DNA from: a virus
Lineage: Duplodnaviria; Caudoviricetes
Virus record (IMG/VR): IMGVR_UViG_3300009548_000009
Span: 1-53,217 of that record
DNA: 53,217 nucleotides
Direction: 5' to 3' (one strand)
The translations under genes and the position numbers were made by a program. The notes below the pieces were generated by a model. The model had not been told where the DNA came from. It did no database searches and saw only the letters and a list, made by a program, of their open reading frames with translations. Positions 26,292-34,000 of the stretch are shown here, in pieces; positions within the stretch are counted from its first letter, which is position 1; each line of letters begins with the position of its first letter.

Positions 26292-28121
26292 CTAATATTT
26301 GTAATACTGTATAGGCGGTCGGATATACTGAAGCCGCGTTCCGGTCACTGCGTCCGAAGAGGTGTAGCCAAACGTTACATCCTCACTGAATATTCCGCTA
26401 CCAAGTCCGGTATTGTAACTACCACCCACCCTTGGAAATCTTGGCACTGACCAGTCGCTTACGGTGTAAACTGCACACATATACGACGTCGTTGACCCAC
26501 CCATCTGATATTTTTCAAACTGCCAGTTATCATTCTGATATGAATCCCACCCAGTAGGGTACATTGGATTGCCGCTCGTCGTGGCAGCCGTATATGATGT
26601 CTGCACGTAGGGCCATTCCATTATTCCCGCTATGTTTATCAGCTCTAACGTGGACCCCGCGATTGCCTTTGCAGTACCGGCTACTGCTGAGATGCATATA
26701 TAATAAGAGTAACTTGACCCGACGCTGAGGCCCGGGTTATTAAAGCCAGGATTAGTAAAGGTGGGGGCGACAGTTTTGTTTGTGTTTATGCTCGCGGGGT
26801 AAAATGTACCCTGCCAGACGAGTGAGTCGTATGCACCGGGGGGGGCTCCTGTCGCTGGGGTGGAACCTCCAGCCAGGGTTCGGTATATCGCCACATTAAC
26901 ACCATCTGCATGTGATCCTCCCCAAGGAATAGTATTATTCTGGAATGTTATCGATGCGGCGACCTGAACCTGTGTATTCGTCGTAACAATCGTAGCTGCA
27001 AGGCCAGTAAAGGCGTATGATGTGCCACTTGTGGAATAGTTAGCCCCTAACGTTCCTGTAGTATATGGGGTGCCAGTAATAATTTGGTCTGCCGTATCGG
27101 AACCAGTGAAGTTGACCCAGATACTCCTGTCTGTCGCGATATTGATGCCATCGAGCATCGCATAAATATTCCCCCAGAGGTTTTCAATCCCTCGATAGCT
27201 CATTGCATATACGGGGTTGCCGCCTATGGTATTACACCGCACTTGTCCGCTGCTGTTGCCCAAGTCATAAGAGTGTAAGCCGTGTGCATTGACGTCTGTC
27301 GAGGATGTCCAACCTGTTTTCTCTATCGCGGTGTCGTTGGTTATGCCAGCACTTAGTCCCCCTTGTGCCGTTGACTGAGACGGTACCATGCTGTTGAGTG
27401 ACGCGTACTCGACAAGATACAGTAGTTCCAGCATGTTCCACGTCTGCCAGTCAATCATGCCAAAATCATACACGTTTGTCGGCCCTGCTCGCGTACAGTT
27501 CAATCCTGTATTTGATGCATAATCTCGGAACGTTGCGCGGGTTTGCCCCGTTGACGGGGTAACGTTTGCGATGCTGTCGAGATTGGGATACGTTGCACTA
27601 ATCGTCGGATCGATATATGCGTCATACGCGGCTACGTAAATGAAATCCAGAACGTTCGCAGTCACACCGCTTTGGCCGCGCAAGAATGCTGGATGCAGTG
27701 TGTAGCCCTCTTTAGGAAACGGGGAGACCCAGTACTGCCATATGCCTGTTGTTGGTGTATTCCTCAAAATTAGATACCAGAACTTAGGAATCTCCACCAT
27801 GATTAGTGTGGAACCAGTAAGTGACTCATTAAACGTGCTGATTCCTGCCCCATCAACTTCGCCATGAGTTGAGACATAATCCCCATTGCGGTTCATCTCT
27901 ACTCGCCGGATGCCACTCCAAGGCATGTAACTATCAAAATCAGAGGTATATACTGTATACGTCGCCGTGGAAGGTACAGATGTATCCACGCTCAAATCTG
28001 CAGCATCTCCAATCCGGGTCAAACATGCATTCGGGTCTGAGTTTGATGTATCCCACTGAACCCCGAACGCAAGGTTTGGCCTATAAACGTCATAATCGTT
28101 GTACCGTATTCCGACGGTCAT
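26292..28121 (-). CDS. Tail fibre/receptor-binding protein, paralog of 25084-26280 with an inserted beta-rich domain
   Basis: MVEIPKFW, LYLVEYASLNS, AMSYRGIENLWGN and terminal GG...G.GSGIF...GTRLQYI. Confidence 0.75.
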   Translation of the reverse strand: MTVGIRYNDYDVYRPNLAFGVQWDTSNSDPNACLTRIGDAADLSVDTSVPSTATYTVYTSDFDSYMPWSGIRRVEMNRNGDYVSTHGEVDGAGISTFNESLTGSTLIMVEIPKFWYLILRNTPTTGIWQYWVSPFPKEGYTLHPAFLRGQSGVTANVLDFIYVAAYDAYIDPTISATYPNLDSIANVTPSTGQTRATFRDYASNTGLNCTRAGPTNVYDFGMIDWQTWNMLELLYLVEYASLNSMVPSQSTAQGGLSAGITNDTAIEKTGWTSSTDVNAHGLHSYDLGNSSGQVRCNTIGGNPVYAMSYRGIENLWGNIYAMLDGINIATDRSIWVNFTGSDTADQIITGTPYTTGTLGANYSTSGTSYAFTGLAATIVTTNTQVQVAASITFQNNTIPWGGSHADGVNVAIYRTLAGGSTPATGAPPGAYDSLVWQGTFYPASINTNKTVAPTFTNPGFNNPGLSVGSSYSYYICISAVAGTAKAIAGSTLELINIAGIMEWPYVQTSYTAATTSGNPMYPTGWDSYQNDNWQFEKYQMGGSTTSYMCAVYTVSDWSVPRFPRVGGSYNTGLGSGIFSEDVTFGYTSSDAVTGTRLQYIRPPIQYYKY

Positions 28122-29473
28122 TTCAAAATACCCCCCATAGTCCGTAGTTGTTTTGTGGCCGCCAGCGCCCGCCTAGCCGCTGTGCCGCCGCTTCGTGAAA
28201 ATATCATGGCATCTGCAATAGTCGGCACTACACGCTCTCCATCAGTTGGCGACACGGTAATGTTTATCTCACGTATTACATCGCTAAACTGGAGGTCGCC
28301 CCCGGTGTATGTGTTAGGTGTTGAACCAATATCAACGTAGACGATATCTCCAAGCTCAAACGTATCCATAAACTCTGGCCCTTCATACGGAAGCAACGTG
28401 ATTTTCGCTTTCATTGCATATGAGTTCTTTGAGCACTCGATAAGCGCCTGATTCTGCATGGCGGCCATTATCGCCAGTTCTTGGTCTGAGCTTCCGCTCG
28501 AACCAGAAACGTTCCCACCATAGTCAGTAAACTCCTCACGTCTCCCGTAAAGCTCAGCACTCGTCTGATTTAAGATTTCAGTGTACATTCTATAACATGA
28601 ATCGTTAGTCTGTCCGCTGCCTGACATATCATAATTTGGCCCGCCACACATCACATAATTCGCCTGCGGCAGGCTTTCGGTATAATCAAACTTCGAGATC
28701 GTACCTAACTCAGTACCAAAAATCGCCTGCTCTGTCTTATCGGTTGGTTCGTACCAAGAGTACAGAAGCCTCGTCGAAGCGGTTTCGCTCACTTGTTTGA
28801 TCCCAAATGATTCTGTAATAACTAGGTTGGTTTGGGAAGCAAGTATATCCTGGCATGCTGTGAACAGGTTTTGGAACTTCCCCTGATAGGTAACCTGATT
28901 TCCTCGCTGCCGGTCTGGGGCAGTATCAAAATAATTGAGCCTGCGTTCCGGTACTGCCCAAGAGCCCAAATTGAAGTTCACGTAATACGCAAGACAAGAT
29001 TCACACGGGCCAAGCACGTCATCGCTCGAAATATCAGCAGTACCGCTCCACCAGCCTGTAGACTTGTCGTAGTCGCTGGTGGGGTCTGGCCACAAGTCGC
29101 GGGTTTTTAAAAATGATGTGTCACTCTCTCCAGTCAATGTTACCGTATCAGTAAATCCATCATACACCCGTTCCGCACTTATGATAATACCAGTAAGGAG
29201 TGCATCTTCCAGCGACGTGTTGTTTCTGGTAATAATCACGCCAAGCGGAGCGCCGTATTCTCCACAACCGCCAGGGGGCACTAACATAGAGCTATATAGT
29301 CCGCTGAGTTGCCACCGTTTGACAAACTCTTTTGTAGGCAGCACGAGCGACCACGTAGACACGTCCCCCCATTTAAGATCAATAGTTAACGTCGTAAAAT
29401 CAGCTACTAAGTCCATGCGCTGGAGGTTGCTGCCGCGTGTCCAAATATCGTATGTGCCTGCTGGAAACTCCAC
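28118..29473 (-). CDS. Minor tail/hub protein (Tal position; siphovirus Gp37-like)
   Basis: Follows Dit; YGRREEF and FELGDIV...IREINI motifs. Confidence 0.72.
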   Translation of the reverse strand: MEFPAGTYDIWTRGSNLQRMDLVADFTTLTIDLKWGDVSTWSLVLPTKEFVKRWQLSGLYSSMLVPPGGCGEYGAPLGVIITRNNTSLEDALLTGIIISAERVYDGFTDTVTLTGESDTSFLKTRDLWPDPTSDYDKSTGWWSGTADISSDDVLGPCESCLAYYVNFNLGSWAVPERRLNYFDTAPDRQRGNQVTYQGKFQNLFTACQDILASQTNLVITESFGIKQVSETASTRLLYSWYEPTDKTEQAIFGTELGTISKFDYTESLPQANYVMCGGPNYDMSGSGQTNDSCYRMYTEILNQTSAELYGRREEFTDYGGNVSGSSGSSDQELAIMAAMQNQALIECSKNSYAMKAKITLLPYEGPEFMDTFELGDIVYVDIGSTPNTYTGGDLQFSDVIREINITVSPTDGERVVPTIADAMIFSRSGGTAARRALAATKQLRTMGGILK

Positions 29474-29477
29474 GATT

Positions 29478-29654
29478 TTAACTCTCCGAATTACCTAGAA
29501 AAAGGATACCGATAAAACCACCAAACAAAAAGCCAAAACCCCACCCTAGTTGACCGGCCCACAAAAGTAGGCCACCTATTCCACATCCGATTACCCCAAA
29601 AAAGGCAACCTTCTCATTATCACTTAGTCCTAGAAACCAGCTTTTAAATGTCAT
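29478..29654 (-). CDS. 58-aa Gly-rich 2-TM membrane protein (not in ORF track)
   Basis: Fills the Dit-Tal gap almost exactly: FFGVIGCGIGGLLLWAG...GWGFGFLFGGFIGILFLG. Confidence 0.62.
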   Translation of the reverse strand: MTFKSWFLGLSDNEKVAFFGVIGCGIGGLLLWAGQLGWGFGFLFGGFIGILFLGNSES

Positions 29655-29656
29655 AA

Positions 29657-30505
29657 TTATACTCCTAGGTACTTATTAACCCATCTCACTCGCAGCTCAG
29701 TGTTCTCGTCGCTATCGGTAAATATAGGCACGATCTCATTTGGCCCTGGTGCAAGTGGGAATAACTGTGAATCAGTACTCAAGCTTCCAAAATCAACGGC
29801 GACGTGGTTGCGTAATACGTCGCGGTTTCCAGGCCGCGTGTCTATGTAAACGCATTGCTTAGTTGTTACATCTTCCTGGAGATCAAAGAGAGAGCCAGTT
29901 GTTATATTCTGCACTTCAACTTCACTAAAAGCCCCGGTTAACGACCACACCGGCCACGCTGGAACATCGCCTTCATTGTAAAGGGTAATCTTTGAGTTTA
30001 TGCTGCTAATGCCTGTCTCACCAGCTTGCGCGTTTAGAAATAGTTCGTTTTCCGTTGGGTCATACCAGTACGGATCAAACGCTGTAAATATCGGAAGGAA
30101 CGCATAAAACACAGATGGAAACGCAGTATCAGATGTTTCCTGAAAGCCCATCCCTTCGCTGTAATAACAATTAATCATCCTAACCTTGCCGTCAGGAGAT
30201 ACTACTTTCAGTTTCGCTGAGCCGAGGTCGTAACTGAAGGCAACGTTTAAAGCGCGCAAGTTTTCTCGCACGCCTTCAAGGTCTTTACCAAGAACGGTAA
30301 TCGGCAGGTCTATCTCTCGAGGTTTCGTCAGCTTAATCCTGAGTACTTCACCTGGATATGTGTACACTGGTTCGCTTGTGTACTGATACGGAGGCATCCA
30401 CCTGCCACTTACCCCCCACCGGATATCATAATTAACGTGGTCTGTCAGGTCAATGGTTCCGCCGTCACCGCGAATGAAGTAGATTTTATCAGTTGTTGTT
30501 GCCAT
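29657..30505 (-). CDS. Distal tail protein (Dit)
   Basis: PREIDLPI, FTAFDPYWY, NEGDVPAWP and LAPGPNEI motifs; downstream of the tape measure. Confidence 0.85.
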   Translation of the reverse strand: MATTTDKIYFIRGDGGTIDLTDHVNYDIRWGVSGRWMPPYQYTSEPVYTYPGEVLRIKLTKPREIDLPITVLGKDLEGVRENLRALNVAFSYDLGSAKLKVVSPDGKVRMINCYYSEGMGFQETSDTAFPSVFYAFLPIFTAFDPYWYDPTENELFLNAQAGETGISSINSKITLYNEGDVPAWPVWSLTGAFSEVEVQNITTGSLFDLQEDVTTKQCVYIDTRPGNRDVLRNHVAVDFGSLSTDSQLFPLAPGPNEIVPIFTDSDENTELRVRWVNKYLGV

Positions 30506-31056
30506 TAGAGTAGCCTCAGATTATCTCCCCTTTCCGGGTTAGCGTTGAGGATTGGCGGATAATGCAGGTGACACGTTGCGTTCATGTACGCCCACATATC
30601 GCACTGATTCCACACCATAGCATGATTGAGAACCGCCTTTGCTGCATCCATAACTCGCCACATATATGGGTGTTCCAATATGAACCCCCTCTCAAATTTA
30701 ACAAGAGCCAGCCCTGGGGCAACCCCTCTTTTTAGTTTATTTTCCAAATCGCGCCCGAAGTGGTATCGTATCAAATCTCTAATTGTGTATTGCGTGAAGC
30801 CGCACCACAGCTCAGGGCAGTTTATTAACTCTTCAATAGCTCCATTTGGAAATACCATGTCATGCTCGACGTTTATGAAGGTCTCGCACTCATCCCATCG
30901 CTCTTGAAAGTACTCCCTATAACTATCCCAATACGTCATTTTCACCGTTGTATATTCGTAAGGATTAAGGGAGAGCAATGTTTCTGAGTGAATTTTTGTA
31001 TACGGCACAAATATTTTCACGCCTGTTGTATCAGCAGTATCAACCATCAGTACCAT
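30505..31056 (-). CDS. Glycosyltransferase-like protein (GT-A fold, truncated)
   Basis: IFVPY start, TFINVEHD (DxD-equivalent), GLALVKF and late D...H motifs. Confidence 0.5.
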   Translation of the reverse strand: MVLMVDTADTTGVKIFVPYTKIHSETLLSLNPYEYTTVKMTYWDSYREYFQERWDECETFINVEHDMVFPNGAIEELINCPELWCGFTQYTIRDLIRYHFGRDLENKLKRGVAPGLALVKFERGFILEHPYMWRVMDAAKAVLNHAMVWNQCDMWAYMNATCHLHYPPILNANPERGDNLRLL

Positions 31057-34000
31057 CCCGTCTGGAGGAGTTCATTGCGCTGTATCTGTTTAACCACCTT
31101 GTCAGCCATTCTTTTTACTGCTGCGTCATTTTCATCGCCAGAAACGTGCATATTGATTGTGTACTGTGTGCCGAATGAACCTACTTTATTGAGTGGGATA
31201 ACCGCTTCTGGACCTGCTTCGCCTGCGAGCACCCGTGTTGGACGGGTAATGATACCGCCGTGTTGCATCCCCATCATACCCATAGCCCCGGTTGCGACAG
31301 CCCCGATACCAGTGAAGATAGTGCCAACGTCCCCGATGATTTTGCCCCAGTCAATCGGAGCTTTTGTTGAGTGGGTAATATAGTAAGAGCCATCGTATGA
31401 AAAATTGCCACTTGTTGGCTGTTTCTGTTCCGCTATCGTGTTGGATATATCGGTGACCAAGTTGAATATCCCTTTAAAAATATCAACGATTCCGCTTATT
31501 ATCCCACTTATTCCGCTACTGCCGCCACTGCTGCCCCCGCTTCCCATCACAGATGAGAGATTTGAGATAGCGTTCGACGTCGAGTTAGTATTATTATTTA
31601 CGGCACTTACAAGATTTGCCCCGTTGGTGTTTATAGACCCGCCTGTCTTCGTTGCGCTATCTGTGCTGGCGGTTGTAAGGTTTGAAACGCCCGATATAAC
31701 ACCCATGATGCTACTACCCGCAGTAGAAGCAAGATTCATAACGCTATCAAAGATTGATTTGTTCGTGGTTATCTGCGCCTGCCCGTACTGTTGCAGGTTA
31801 GATACCACAGAGTTTGATCCTATCGCTGTGCCTGATCCTGACAATGCTGTGACAATCTGCGGTGTGCCACTACCTTCTGGCTGGCTCGTGTACGGTGGGT
31901 AATAATCAAGATTTGTGAGCACGCCGCCGAACCGCTGCGGAAGCATCTTTAGGCTTTCCTGCGCGCTCATAAGGCCAAAAACAGCGTCGCCGATTGAGGA
32001 TATTCCGCTCGTCACTGTAGATACGAGGCTGGTGATATTCTTGTTGGTTTCGGCTGCGGCCTTCGCAGTATTAGCAGCAGTTTGTGCGCCATATGCTGCG
32101 ATCAGCGTAGTCGCATCCGAGATCTTTGATGTGTCCCTTCCACTGGCTTTATAATATGTCTCGGCAGCATTGATCTGTTTCTGTAATTGCGCTGCCGTCT
32201 CTTTTGTATTCACGGCAAGCTCTGTTAAATATGCAACTTCCTCGTCGGATGTTTGATAATTCCATTTGTGTGTTTTAAGGTCTTCCCACGCGCCCGGGGT
32301 CGCTGCCGTCGCTCCGCCCGCTTTGTAACCACCAGGAAGTGTCGCGAAGTCCGCAGCCAATTTCTCCAACGCGCCCTTTACGTCGATAGTTGACGATGCC
32401 GCTTTTCCATATAACGGATAATATGTATTAACAAGGTTGATTTGTTTTTGTAATTGCGCGTTCGTTTCTCCGGTATTGAGCGCGACCGCCGTGAGATATT
32501 CAATTTCCTGGTCTGCCGTCCGCGATGGAGCGTAGTATGCACTCTTGCTGCCGCCCAGCTGTGATTTGTCCCATTGCTGTAACTGCTGCTCTTGATTATA
32601 CTTATCTATCTGCTTTTGAGTTGGATGCTTGCCGAGCTTTCTTGTATTCTCTTCGATCTTTCTTGTATTCTCTTCGGTCTTTCGTGTATGCTCTTCCGTC
32701 TTTGTTCCAGAGGTGTCATGAAAGCCGCCTGTTCCTGTGATACCGCCTTTCGCCAGTCTAGGGAGTGAATTTAAGACCGTTGACCAATCCCCACCCCATA
32801 AATGCGCTGGGATAATCGCTTCGGATTCGCCCGCTTCTCCAACTATGACGTGAGTCCCACCTACTCGTGACCCAACATTCCCTCCGCCTTGTAAACCTCC
32901 TACGTAGTAAAATGGGGGTATAATCTTTTTTTCCTGATTAATAATCCAATCCCTAAGTGCATCGACGCCATATTGCGCCTCAATCTGCTGTGTGGATGTC
33001 TCCCCAACTACCCCCCCACCCTGCAATCTTGGAAGCCCTATAGCACCAACCATAGACCCGACTGCGCTATTTTTAACACACAACCCACAGCTACAACAAG
33101 TCGGGTCGCTAGAAACGAATGTATAACCCGGTGGGCAAAAACATCCACCGTATCCATTAGGTACAGGACTGGGGCCGTATTGAAAACCTACTGCACCACC
33201 AATACGCCCGCCACCCTGCAATCTTGGCATAGCACCTACGATTACTCCTCCTGCTGCTGGGAATGGATCAGCTAAAGTGCTTAAGTGCCCCCTTGGCGAG
33301 AGACCTTGAACTTTTTTGGCATCGGGGTAATCTGCCATTAATTGGTTACAGATACTACAACCACCAGTGAGATCACTGAGGTAAAGCGTCTGCCCGCTGC
33401 CTGAATGTTGACTTGGGACTGGTTGCGAGGTCGGTCCACTTACTTTTGTCGGTCCCCCTTTATTTTGCGCACCGAGTAAGATGCCAGCTGCTTGTTGCGC
33501 CCACTGAACAATTTGTTGCCCCCACGCAAGTGCGCCATTTACCCATGATGTTACAGCCGACACTACTTGGTCAGCAATTTTCCCTCCCCACGTAAGAGCA
33601 CTGCCTATCCAATTTTCTATAATTTTTGCGACATCTTCTACAGCCTTAATACCCCAGTTAACACCACCAGTTAGCCAGTTCGTTACGCCAGATGCTAGAT
33701 CAGCGAGGAATTTGATACCCCAATCGACGCCACCAGTTAGAAAGTTCGTTACGCCAGATGCTAGATCAGCGAGGAATTTGATACCCCAATCGATCCCGCC
33801 CTGTAAAAAGTTTGTGACTGCATTGACAATTGTTTTATCTATGCCTAACGCCCAGTCTATATAACTTTGAATCCATTTTTTAACGGTAGAAACTATCGCA
33901 GTATCAATGCCTTTTGCCCAATCAATGTATCCTTGAATCCATTTTTTAACGGTAGAAACTATTGCGGTATCTATCCCCTTTGCCCAGTCTATATAACTTT

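Noticed and set aside
25084-28121. Complete diversity-generating retroelement
   Set aside because: No reverse transcriptase (YxDD), Avd or template repeat is visible in the window.
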